Source: a virus
Lineage: Duplodnaviria; Heunggongvirae; Uroviricota; Caudoviricetes
DNA: 32,875 nt
IMG/VR virus record: IMGVR_UViG_2859827302_000004
Reading direction: 5' to 3' (one strand)
The notes under the pieces are model-generated. The model searched no databases and was not told the DNA's origin. It worked only from the letters and a program-made list of their open reading frames with translations. A program made the translations under genes and the position numbers. Shown here piece by piece: positions 9,033 through 18,701 of the stretch (its first letter is position 1; every line of letters starts with the position of its first letter).

Positions 9033-10296
9033 TGGAGCACCTCAAAAACACCATCATACACTAAATCAGTAAGTTGGCAGCATCACCAAGCCGCTGTTAT
9101 CAATGGTGTGCTCGGCTTTTGCAATAATCCAGTCCTGATAATCAATCTCGCTTTTAAAGCCTGTCACTGTGCCATGCATTTCGGGATAGAGTTCTGCACG
9201 ACCACGCGCCAGCGTGATGGAGAATGATGCGGCTCCGCGTTGTAGCTGCTGCCACTTTGCCGCCGCTGCGCGTCTTGCTGCCTGCTCGTTCTGATAAGTC
9301 TTGCGTAACACAAACACGTTGCCTTCCACACCTTCCATATAGTCGCCTTCCCGACTGCTGCTTTTCTCCTTTTTGGGTTTTGGCGGTTTGCGGCGTTTCA
9401 CGCTGACTTTTTTCTTTTTCCCGTAATTAAGATCAAGCCAGTAGGCGCGTACCCCCGTATACGCCTCGCGGTCAGCAATGCGGAACTGATGGCGATCGCC
9501 GCTGCTGCGTGTAATGGCGAACGAGGGCAACGGCTGCCCCTGTGCGTTCACGCCACCACCTGGCATGATGAATAACAGATTGCCGCTTTTTACCGTGGCG
9601 ATTGCTCCCAGCATTTCCGCCATGCGCGTAAGAAAGGACATGTCGCTTTCTTCGGTCTGGTCGGCGTGGTCGATTTCGATATCCATCAGCATTTCGCTGA
9701 TTTGCGGTTTCAGACCGTACCGATGAGCGATGGCGGATACCACACGCTCAACGGTCACATCATGCCAGGACACCTCACGTTTAACGTTAAATTCATCCCG
9801 AAAATCTGCGCTTCTGGCTGAAACAGTCAGCCTGTCCGGCGGTCCTTCGTGAGCGATTTCATCAACAATGTAAGTGCCTTTTTCTGTCAGCGGTTCCCCT
9901 TTCCAGCCAATGAGAACCGTCAGACGCGCGCCCCGTGGCGGTAGCTGCAACTGACCATCCGCATCATCCAGCGTGATGGTGAGCTGGTCCGCCTCAAATC
10001 CCCGGTTGTCGGTCAGTTACAGGCTCATCAGGCGCTCCGCCACGCCTGACAGCGTTTTACCCTCCGAGAGAATATCAAAATCCGGCATTTTCACGGGGGC
10101 CGTGCCCTGACTGAGCAATTGCATGGTGGTGTCGGTCATCTGCTCCCTCCCTGTGCGGCATGGTCGCATGTGCGTGCGGAGGGGGGGACTGCTTTTTGTT
10201 GTCGCCGTGGCGGGAGAACGGCGCAGGGGTGAGATTACGCGCGTGGTGGGTGATGATTGTTGCTGAATCATTTAACGGATACAAGGGGCTGAAGCT

Positions 10297-11481
10297 ATGA
10301 GTGAAACTCGTTTTCATGGTGCCCGTGTTACGGAGAATACCGACCTGGTAACAGCGATTAACGATGTTGATTCCAGCGTTATCGGTATCGTGGCAACGGC
10401 GGATGATGCGGACGCGAAGCTGTTCCCGCTGAACAAGCCCACACTGCTGACCCGCGTCAATGACGTGCTGGGAAAATGCGGGACAACGGGGACGCTTTAT
10501 CGTGCGCTTAAGGCCATCGCAGACCAGGTGAGCACAAAGGTGATCGTCGTTCGCGTGGCTGAACACAAAGAAGAAGACGGAAAAACGCAGGATCAACTGG
10601 TTATAGGTGGTTCTGAGGATGACGGCAGCTATATGGGGATGTATGCGCTGCTTGTTGCAGAGCAGGATGAAAGCATCGGATACCGTCCGCGTATTCTGGC
10701 CGCGCCGGAGCTGGACACGGAGGCGGTAACAAAATCCCTGTGCGTGATTGCAGATAAACTGCGCGCGTTTGTGTATGCCTCATGTCATGGCTGTAACACG
10801 ATGGCCGAGGCAATTACCTACCGCCAGAAATTCAACGAACGTGAGGTGATGCTCTTATGGCCGGACTTCATCGCCTACAACCCGAAAAATGGCAAAAACG
10901 AAACGTTCCCCGCGCCTGCCTATGCGTGCGGCCTTCGTGCGTACATTGACCATGAACAGGGATGGAACAAATCGCTGTCCAACGTTCCGGTTAAAAATGT
11001 GCTGGGGATGTCGAGGCATGTGTTCTGGTCGTTGCAGGCCGAAGACAGCGATGCCAACAGCCTCAACAACAAAGAAATCACGACCATTATTCGTCGCAAC
11101 GGGGTCCGCTTCTGGGGTAACCGCACACCGGAAACGAACGCCTACATCTTTGAGGTGTATACCCGAACCGCACAGGTGCTGGCTGATTCAATTGCGGAAG
11201 CGCAGTTTGAAACCATCGACAGTCCACTGACGCCTGCGAATGTGAAGGATGTTATCAGTGCCATCAGGGCAAAACTGGATTCACTGGTGACTGCCGGGAA
11301 ACTGATTGGCGCGGAGTGCTGGTATGACGTGGTGGATAACAGCACCACGGATTTACGTCAGGGACGTGTGCGTATTCGCTACAAATATACGCCCGTTCCG
11401 CCACTGGAAGACATGGAGCTTTACCAGACGTTTACTGATGAATACTTTGAACCCGCATTTGCGGTGCTGGGAGGTGCCTGA
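10297..11481 (+). CDS. FI: Contractile tail sheath protein, P2 FI family
   Basis: 394-aa ORF with [50 protein letters not shown] and YTPVPPLE motifs shared with P2 FI as recalled. Confidence 0.85.
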   Translation: MSETRFHGARVTENTDLVTAINDVDSSVIGIVATADDADAKLFPLNKPTLLTRVNDVLGKCGTTGTLYRALKAIADQVSTKVIVVRVAEHKEEDGKTQDQLVIGGSEDDGSYMGMYALLVAEQDESIGYRPRILAAPELDTEAVTKSLCVIADKLRAFVYASCHGCNTMAEAITYRQKFNEREVMLLWPDFIAYNPKNGKNETFPAPAYACGLRAYIDHEQGWNKSLSNVPVKNVLGMSRHVFWSLQAEDSDANSLNNKEITTIIRRNGVRFWGNRTPETNAYIFEVYTRTAQVLADSIAEAQFETIDSPLTPANVKDVISAIRAKLDSLVTAGKLIGAECWYDVVDNSTTDLRQGRVRIRYKYTPVPPLEDMELYQTFTDEYFEPAFAVLGGA

Positions 11482-11786
11482 TGGCTGTGCCAAAACATCT
11501 TCGCTTTTTTACGCTGTTTGTGGATGGTGAAAACGAAGTGGGTAATGTGACGTCCGTCACTCTGCCTAAGCTGACGCGCAACACCGACAGCTACCGGGGT
11601 GGTGAAGTGGCTAAACTGGAAGAAGAACTGGGTTATCACGATGGTTTTCTCGACACCGCTGAACACTTTTACCTGTTTGTGATTCAGGGGCCGAAATCCT
11701 TAGCGACTGAGCTGCGCCTTAGTTACAACATCCTATATGCCTTTATCATTAACAGGTGCCACATGCAGCGCCTGTTAATGTTGTAA
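11481..11786 (+). pseudogene. FII: Tail tube protein (P2 FII-like), 3'-truncated
   Basis: ATG overlaps the sheath stop (ATGA); N-terminus contains VTLPKLTR as in P2 tube; ORF runs only ~100 codons before the prophage remnant gives way to the yneE upstream region. Confidence 0.45.
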
Positions 11787-11872
11787 GCTTGTAGGTAATT
11801 TGTAAGTAGCGTCTTGAGAATGTGATCGTAATCACGTTTAATAGGGCGACTTTTCCACGCCTGAAGATAACC

Positions 11873-12787
11873 ATGATTGTTCGTCCACAACAACACTGGC
11901 TGCGCCGTATTTTTGTCTGGCACGGCTCAGTATTATCCAAGATATCCTCGCGCTTACTACTCAATTTTCTCTTTTCTATCGCTGTTATTTTCATGCTGCC
12001 CTGGTACACGCATCTGGGCATCAAATTCACCCTCGCACCGTTCAGCATTCTCGGTGTCGCCATCGCCATTTTTCTTGGTTTTCGTAATAATGCCGGGTAC
12101 GCCCGTTACGTTGAAGCGCGAAAACTTTGGGGACAGTTGATGATTGCCTCACGGTCGTTACTACGTGAGGTAAAAACGACATTGCCGGATTCGGCAAGTG
12201 TAAGGGAGTTTGCCAGGCTGCAAATCGCCTTCGCCCACTGTTTACGCATGACATTACGCAAACAGCCACAGGCGGAAGTGCTGGCTCATTATCTCAAGAC
12301 TGAAGATCTTCAGCCTGTACTGGCTTCGAACTCTCCAGCTAACCGTATCTTGTTAATAATGGGGGAGTGGTTGGCGGTTCAGCGCCGCAATGGGCAGCTT
12401 TCAGAAATCCTGTTTATTAGCCTCAACGATCGGCTTAATGATATTTCAGCGGTCCTGGCAGGATGCGAGCGCATTGCCTATACGCCAATTCCCTTTGCCT
12501 ACACCCTGATTTTGCATCGTACTGTTTATCTGTTTTGTATCATGCTGCCGTTCGCGCTGGTCGTGGACCTGCATTACATGACGCCTTTTATCTCTGTGCT
12601 GATTTCCTACACTTTTATTTCGCTGGATTGTCTGGCGGAAGAACTGGAAGATCCGTTCGGTACTGAAAACAATGATTTACCGCTGGATGCCATCTGCAAC
12701 GCTATTGAAATTGACCTCTTACAGATGAACGATGAAGCCGAAATTCCAGCAAAAATTCTTCCCGATCGTCATTACCAGCTGACGTGA
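11873..12787 (+). CDS. yneE: Bestrophin-family membrane protein YneE
   Basis: MIVRPQQHWLRRIFVWHGSVLSKISSRLLLNFLFSIAVIF... recognised as E. coli YneE; ATG at 11873 inside track ORF 11822-12787. Confidence 0.85.
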   Translation: MIVRPQQHWLRRIFVWHGSVLSKISSRLLLNFLFSIAVIFMLPWYTHLGIKFTLAPFSILGVAIAIFLGFRNNAGYARYVEARKLWGQLMIASRSLLREVKTTLPDSASVREFARLQIAFAHCLRMTLRKQPQAEVLAHYLKTEDLQPVLASNSPANRILLIMGEWLAVQRRNGQLSEILFISLNDRLNDISAVLAGCERIAYTPIPFAYTLILHRTVYLFCIMLPFALVVDLHYMTPFISVLISYTFISLDCLAEELEDPFGTENNDLPLDAICNAIEIDLLQMNDEAEIPAKILPDRHYQLT

Positions 12788-12790
12788 TAT

Positions 12791-13545
12791 TTACTCCATA
12801 CGCCGGGCAACAATAAAAAGACGCGGAAATGCCAGCAGTATCTGTCCGTTCTCTTGCAGTGGATACTGCTCTTCCAGCATCTGATGGTAGCGCTTAAGAA
12901 AAAGCTGCTGTTCGCTCTCGGTCAGATCCTGTAACCACGGACGTAATCCAGTGGCGGTCACCCAATCGATAATCGCCTGGTGCGACGGCATCTGGTGATA
13001 GTAGGTGGTTCGCCAGATATCGACCTCACATCCGGCTTCGCTCAAAATATCGTAGTAAGCATGAACGCCAGCCAACGGCTCACGCCCGCGATCCGGGTAG
13101 TTTTGTTCCCAGGCAACTTCGCGCATGAGCACATGGGTCGGCTCCAGCCAGTTATCTGGCATCTGTACTGCCAGCACGCCCTGCGGATTAAGTAAAGAAA
13201 CCAAGTGAGGAAACAATTCGTAGTGGTCAGGCAGCCATTGCAGTGAGGCATTAGCAAAAATCAGATCGAGTGCCTGTACCGGTTGCCAGTTGCGGATGTC
13301 TGCTTCCACGAACTGGCAGTCTGGCAAAGCACTGCGCGCTTCAGCAATCATCGCCGGAGACGAGTCGATGCCTGTTATCCTGGCCGCAGGCCAACGTTGT
13401 TGTAGAAGGGCGGTGCTGTTACCTGGGCCACAGCCAAGATCGGCGACATATTCGACATTTTCCAGCGGCACTCTGGCAAGCAGCTCCACCGCCGGACGCG
13501 ATCGTTCAGCGGAAAAGTGCAAATATAAAGAGGGGTTCCAGTCAG
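12791..13545 (-). CDS. tam: Trans-aconitate 2-methyltransferase Tam, native start codon removed by IS4
   Basis: ...[47 protein letters not shown]... recognised as Tam; IS4 terminus begins at 13546, leaving no ATG. Confidence 0.8.
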
Positions 13546-14971
13546 TAATGCCGATCAGTTAAGGATCAGTTGACCGATCCAGTGGCTGTGTAAGAATCCG
13601 GAAACGCTCACTTGTTTCCGGATTTTTTTATGCACATTGGACAGGCTCTTGATCTGGTATCCCGTTACGATTCTCTGCGTAACCCACTGACTTCTCTGGG
13701 GGATTACCTCGACCCCGAACTCATCTCTCGTTGCCTTGCCGAATCAGGTACTGTAACGCTACGCAAGCGCCGTCTTCCCCTCGAAATGATGGTCTGGTGT
13801 ATTGTTGGCATGGCGCTTGAGCGTAAAGAACCTCTTCACCAGATTGTGAATCGCCTGGACATCATGCTGCCGGGCAATCGCCCCTTCGTTGTCCCCAGTG
13901 CCGTTATTCAGGCCCGCCAGCGCCTGGGAAGTGAGGCTGTCCGCCGCGTGTTCACGAAAACAGCGCAGCTCTGGCATAACGCCACGCCGCATCCGCACTG
14001 GTGCGGCCTGACCCTGCTGGCCATCGATGGTGTGTTCTGGCGCACATCGGATACACCAGAGAACGATGCAGCCTTCCCCCGCCAGACACATGCCGGGAAC
14101 CCGGCGCTCTACCCGCAGGTCAAAATGGTCTGCCAGATGGAACTGACCAGCCATCTGCTGACGGCTGCAGCCTTCGGCACGATGAAGAACAGCGAAAATG
14201 AGCTTGCTGAGCAACTTATAGAACAAACCGGCGATAACACTCTGACGTTAATGGATAAAGGTTATTACTCACTGGGACTGTTAAATGCCTGGAGCCTGGC
14301 GGGAGAACACCGCCACTGGATGATACCTCTCAGAAAGGGAGCACAATATGAAGAGCTCAGAAAACTGGGTAAAGGCGATCATCTGGTGAAGCTGAAAACC
14401 AGCCCGCAGGCACGAAAAAAGTGGCCGGGACTGGGAAATGAAGTGACAGCCCGCCTGCTGACCGTGACGCGCAAAGGAAAAGTCTGCCATCTGCTGACGT
14501 CGATGACGGACGCCATGCGCTTCCCCGGAGGAGAAATGGCGGATCTGTACAGTCATCGCTGGGAAATTGAACTGGGATACAGGGAGATAAAACAGACGAT
14601 GCAACTGAGCAGGCTGACGCTGAGAAGTAAAAAGCCGGAGCTTGTGGAGCAAGAGCTGTGGGGTGTCTTACTGGCTTATAATCTGGTGAGATATCAGATG
14701 ATTAAAATGGCGGAACATCTGAAAGGTTACTGGCCGAATCAACTGAGTTTCTCAGAATCATGCGGAATGGTGATGAGAATGCTGATGACATTGCAGGGCG
14801 CTTCACCGGGACGTATACCGGAGCTGATGCGCGATCTTGCAAGTATGGGACAACTTGTGAAATTACCGACGAGAAGGGGAAGGGCCTTCCCGAGAGTGGT
14901 AAAGGAGAGGCCCTGGAAATACCCCACAGCCCCGAAAAAGAGCCAGTCAGTTGCTTAACTGACTGGCATTA
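13546..14971 (+). mobile_element. IS4, complete 1426 bp copy
   Basis: Ends TAATGCCGATCAGTTAAGG (13546) and CTTAACTGACTGGCATTA (to 14971); 442-aa transposase; no matching flanking direct repeat. Confidence 0.9.
13630..14958 (+). CDS. IS4 transposase
   Basis: [40 protein letters not shown]... recognised as IS4 transposase. Confidence 0.9.
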   Translation: MHIGQALDLVSRYDSLRNPLTSLGDYLDPELISRCLAESGTVTLRKRRLPLEMMVWCIVGMALERKEPLHQIVNRLDIMLPGNRPFVVPSAVIQARQRLGSEAVRRVFTKTAQLWHNATPHPHWCGLTLLAIDGVFWRTSDTPENDAAFPRQTHAGNPALYPQVKMVCQMELTSHLLTAAAFGTMKNSENELAEQLIEQTGDNTLTLMDKGYYSLGLLNAWSLAGEHRHWMIPLRKGAQYEELRKLGKGDHLVKLKTSPQARKKWPGLGNEVTARLLTVTRKGKVCHLLTSMTDAMRFPGGEMADLYSHRWEIELGYREIKQTMQLSRLTLRSKKPELVEQELWGVLLAYNLVRYQMIKMAEHLKGYWPNQLSFSESCGMVMRMLMTLQGASPGRIPELMRDLASMGQLVKLPTRRGRAFPRVVKERPWKYPTAPKKSQSVA

Positions 14972-15011
14972 GGGCAGTATGCCCCCGTTTTTTACTGAAC
15001 CGGAAAGAAAT

Positions 15012-15470
15012 ATGGCAAAGAAAGACGAGAATCTGAAACGTCTGAAAGAGCTGTCAGAATTGCTGGGGCGTGAGCCTGATATGTCGGGAAGCGCGGCAGA
15101 TATCGCACAGCGTGTGGCAGAGCTGGAAGAGGAGCTTGGTGGTGTGGATGGCACTGACAACCAGGCAAGTGTGCTTACCGGGCAGGAAAATAACGGGGAG
15201 GCAGTTCCGCCGGAGAGGATGATTCAGAATACGGATGAGGACGACTGGCAGGCTGTTCTGCATATTGCCGTTTTCGTCCGTGCACAGGCGCCGGATTCTG
15301 AGCTGGATACGTGGATGGAGAACACCATATTTCCGGCCATGAAGGATATTCCGGTGCTTTCCGGACTCATCGACACCATGATCCCACTCGGTTTTAACTA
15401 TCAACGTGATAATGAGATGGCCACCTGGGCGATGGCGGAAATCACGTACCAGATCACGTACACGAATTAA
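15012..15470 (+). CDS. Hypothetical acidic protein, 152 aa, probable phage/island remnant
   Basis: ATG at 15012 (track ORF starts earlier at 14979, which abuts the IS4 terminus); MAKKDENLKRLKELSELLGREPDMSGSAADIAQRVAELEEELG...; no family recognised. Confidence 0.5.
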   Translation: MAKKDENLKRLKELSELLGREPDMSGSAADIAQRVAELEEELGGVDGTDNQASVLTGQENNGEAVPPERMIQNTDEDDWQAVLHIAVFVRAQAPDSELDTWMENTIFPAMKDIPVLSGLIDTMIPLGFNYQRDNEMATWAMAEITYQITYTN

Positions 15471-15583
15471 GGAGGTGGCAATAACCACACCAAATCGTGT
15501 CGTTACGGGGAAGTCATCTTCACAGGGATCTTCGGTCAGTTAGTATTACCGACATCCATTCACCAACTTACCGGAGATAATCG

Positions 15584-15775
15584 ATGTCAAAACCCCGATG
15601 GACCATTGAACAGAAAAGGCAGCACGTTGCTGCCTGGCGCGCCAGTGGTCTTACACGTCAGCAATACTGTGAACTCAACGATATTCCCTTCACATCACTT
15701 CGCGAATGGCCGCAGGATGTCGCAAAAGCTGAACGCCGGGCAAATGAACCGACCGTTCTTCCCGTTCATATGTAA
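15584..15775 (+). pseudogene. 5' part of a transposase-associated HTH gene (IS66-family tnpA-like or IS3-type orfA-like), split by an IS66-family insertion
   Basis: MSKPRWTIEQKRQHVAAWRASGLTRQQYCELNDIPFTSLREW fits the HTH orfA pattern; stop at 15773-15775 lies in the inserted element terminus; frame resumes at 18220 and ends at 18341-18343. Confidence 0.4.
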
Positions 15776-15808
15776 GCGTGCAGCAAGAACCGTATTGACG
15801 GGGATGTG

Positions 15809-17346
15809 TTATTCAGTCGGCAGTGCTACGCGCCAGGGGAGCAGTTCGCCGACCCGGTTTATCGGCCAGTCGGCTATGACGTCAAGGACATAGCGGAGGT
15901 AGCTTTCTGGCTCCACTCCGTTCAGTTTGCACGTCCCGATCAGGCTGTACAGCAGCGCTCCCCGCTCTCCTCCATGATCCGAACCGAAGAACAGGTAGTT
16001 TTTGCGGCCCAGACTGACCATCCGCAACGCATTTTCAGCGATGTTATTGTCCGCCTCAGCCCAGCCATCATCTGCATAGTACGTCAGCGCCGGCCACTGG
16101 TTCAGGGCGTATGCGAACGCTTTCGCCAGTTCTGAGTGTCGCGACAGGGTTTTCATCTTTTCACGCAGCCAGCTTTCCAGGGATTTCAGCAGCGGTTTCG
16201 TTTTCAACTGACGTTCGGCAAGGCGCTGCTCCGCCGTCATTCCCCTTATCTCTGCCTCGATGGCGTACAGTTCGCCGATCCGTTTCAGCGCTTCCTCCGT
16301 CAGGGCTGACGGGGTGCGAACGTGCACATCGTGGATTTTACGGCGGGCGTGAGCCCAACAGGCGGCTTCCGTTATCCGGCCATCCCGGTACAGCTCGTTG
16401 AACCCGGCGTATGCATCCGCCTGCAGTACACCACTGAACCCCGCAAGATGGGTCTGCGGATGGATGCCTTTTCTGTCCGGGCTGTAAGCGAACCACACCG
16501 CCGGCGCCAGCGTTGACCCGGCGTTACGGTCGTCACGAACGTAGGTCCATAACCGCCCGGTCTTCGTTTTCTTATTGCCTGGCAACAGCACCGGGACAGG
16601 CGTGTCATCGCATGGAGCTTACCGTCAGTCAGCACATAGTCCTGAAGCGCTTCTTCCAGCGGTGACAGTAGCCGGCAGCATGCATCCACCCAGCCCGACA
16701 GCAGTGAACGACTCAGCTCCACGCCCTGGCGGCCGTACATTTCAGACTGGCGGTACAGCGGGGTGTGCTCTGCATACTTTGAGATCAGCACGCGGGCCAG
16801 CAGCCCCGGTCCTGCGATACCCCGCTCGATGGGCCGTGAAGGCGCGGGGGCCTGCACGATGGCATCGCACTGAGTACAGGCATGCTTTTCACGTACAGTC
16901 CGGATAACCCGGAAGACGCTGCGCATCAACTCCAGCTGTTCGGCGGCATCCTCACCCGGATAGCTCAGTGAGCCTCCACATTCCGGGCAGCATGACGCTG
17001 CCGGCAGCAGCCGTTTTTCATCGCGGGGGAGTGATTCGGGGAACGGTTTGCGGGTGCGGGTTTGACGCAGCGGGCGCTGCACGGCCGGGTCGTCAACCCG
17101 ACCGGTAAGGGTATCACTTTCTTTCTGAAGTGCCTTCAGGTCAGCTTCCATCTGTGCGATACGACGGGAGACTTTTTCGGAGCGGCTGCCGAAGTTCATC
17201 CGGCGCAGCTTATCCAGCTGTGCCTGCAGATGGTCTATTTCGCGTTCACGCTCGTTCAGCTTTTCCAGCAGGGCACGGTTCAGCGCCTCCTGTTCGGCAA
17301 GGAGACGTTTCAGTGCATTGATATCGTCAGGAAGTGAGCTGCTCAT
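15809..17346 (-). pseudogene. IS66-family tnpC with a frameshift
   Basis: Track ORFs 16372-17346 and 15809-16591 are the two halves; a single missing base near 16609 changes [13 protein letters not shown] into HAMTRLS. Confidence 0.8.
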
Positions 17347-17394
17347 ACCGGGTATATTACCAGGCTCATTCAGCGTCGACCAGGATAAAGAGGC

Positions 17395-17742
17395 TTACAA
17401 CATAGTCAGGGACGTAAGCAGTCTTTTAGGCTGCCGCCAGTCGATACCTTCAAGGAGCATCGCCAGCTGTGCCGGTGTGAGGAACACTTTGCCATCCCGG
17501 GCTGACGGCCAGGCGAAGCGGCCGCGCTCCAGCCGTTTGGTCAGCAGACACAGTCCATCGCCGGTAGACCAGAGGAGCTTTACCTGACTGCCATTACGCC
17601 CACGGAAGATAAAAACGTGACCTGACATCGGATCGTCTTTCAGCGTCGTCTGCACCTTTGCCGCCAGGCCGTTGAAGCCATTTCTCATATCGGTGATACC
17701 GGCAACCAGCCAAATTTTGGTCCCGGAAGGTAACGGGATCAT
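17395..17742 (-). CDS. IS66-family TnpB
   Basis: 115 aa, IWLVAGITDMRNGFNGLA... motif. Confidence 0.85.
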   Translation of the reverse strand: MIPLPSGTKIWLVAGITDMRNGFNGLAAKVQTTLKDDPMSGHVFIFRGRNGSQVKLLWSTGDGLCLLTKRLERGRFAWPSARDGKVFLTPAQLAMLLEGIDWRQPKRLLTSLTML

Positions 17743-18140
17743 CGCTTCAGTTCCTGTATCAGCAGAGTCAGGAGCTTTTCGCTGACATTGCCATTGAAGC
17801 GGAGCGTCCCGTGCCGGAACGTTACCTCACAGCTGATACTGAGGGTTTCCGGATCCTCTGCGAGCGATTCTGGCTGTTCGGCAGCTGCATCGAGAGTCAC
17901 AGGAAGTAGCTGGGGGCTCTCTGAAGAAGGTAATAGCAGCTTTCCCTCGCGCCATTGTTGTCGCCATTTGAACAACAGATTGGCGTTAATGCCATTTTCA
18001 AGAGCAAGTTTTGAGATGGATATCCCGGGTTCACAGGAGGCAGCAACGAGCTGCTGTTTAAATTCGGGAGGATAATTAGGGCAGCCTTTTCGCCTGCCGG
18101 GATTCACATTTTTCTGCATATCTGACACTTTGGTTCCCAC
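17739..18140 (-). CDS. IS66-family TnpA
   Basis: HTH protein with LLFKWRQQW motif; likely ATG at 18119. Confidence 0.8.
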   Translation of the reverse strand: MGTKVSDMQKNVNPGRRKGCPNYPPEFKQQLVAASCEPGISISKLALENGINANLLFKWRQQWREGKLLLPSSESPQLLPVTLDAAAEQPESLAEDPETLSISCEVTFRHGTLRFNGNVSEKLLTLLIQELKR

Positions 18141-18480
18141 TACTTATTTGGTGGACACCACTTTGTCTAATTCGTCAGATTCTGACCAGACGGTTCAGGC
18201 TGTACGCTTACGTTCATATTGCGCCACCACTGCATGCTGATGTACCACAGCCCGTCACGAATGAGCCAGTCACGCTCTTCCTTCCCGGTGGAGTACGGAT
18301 GTGCTGTCAGCCGTCACAACTTACCGATGTCTATTTGGTGTAAGCTTCCGGGGAACTCATATTGACGCGTTTTTCAGGCGCGCGTCATCGGCGGCGCATA
18401 CGAACGCTCGTGGTTTGATAACGGTTGATTTATTTTGTTGCACAGAGGCGATCGCCAGGCAGGTACCGGAGGCGGGCTCT

Positions 18481-18556
18481 GAAGTACTGAGTAGCGTGAT
18501 CGCGTCAGGCCGCGAAGTACTGACTCGGGGATTAATTGCAGGTGATGATGTACTGA
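18481..18556. repeat. Three direct repeats of GA(A/T)GTACTGA with exact 33-bp spacing
   Basis: Copies start at 18481, 18514 and 18547. Confidence 0.6.
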
Positions 18557-18629
18557 CCCGGGAATGACTCCGGGCTGATTCAGGTTCTTATTCGCTGTCA
18601 GCCCGCGTGGTTGCTGGTCTGGCTCATTT

Positions 18630-18695
18630 CCTGCCGTCAGGAGTTCAACTCCCGACTGCAGGTTATGGCCCGGTGCACGAACACCTGACGGCAGG
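18630..18695. repeat. Perfect 12-bp inverted repeat CCTGCCGTCAGG / CCTGACGGCAGG with 42-bp spacer
   Basis: Arms at 18630-18641 and 18684-18695, just downstream (minus sense) of the tnpC stop at 18702. Confidence 0.6.
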
Positions 18696-18701
18696 TATCA
18701 C

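Larger units (their letters stand above)
8320..9087 (-). mobile_element. IS1, complete 768 bp copy (canonical-type InsA) inside gpD
   Basis: Perfect 9-bp target duplication AAGCCGCTG at 8311-8319 and 9088-9096. Confidence 0.95.
8253..10139 (-). pseudogene. D: P2-type tail protein gpD (late control gene D family), inactivated
   Basis: TDNRGFEADQLTITLDD...GW and C-terminal DNSGFTTQLELE match P2 gpD as I recall it; in-frame TAA at 10017-10019 after ...AERLMSL; IS1 inserted at 8320-9087; frame resumes across the duplication and ends at 8253. Confidence 0.8.
15772..18211 (-). mobile_element. IS66-family element (~2.44 kb, tnpA-tnpB-tnpC), simple insertion
   Basis: Ends GTAAGCGTGCAG (15772) and ...GTACGCTTAC (18211); perfect 8-bp target duplication GTTCATAT at 15764-15771 and 18212-18219. 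Confidence 0.85.

Noticed and set aside
10075-10596. 173-aa minus-strand ORF
   Set aside because: Overlaps the gpD start and the sheath gene in antisense; explained by the gpD and sheath calls
18340-18345. GTAAGC as an IS66-family terminus
   Set aside because: Overlaps the stop codon of the interrupted HTH ORF; no matching partner end found, so the boundary is left undefined
18481-18556. Possible CRISPR-like array
   Set aside because: Only three copies with 10 conserved bases and no spacer-repeat architecture; lies in IS-associated non-coding DNA
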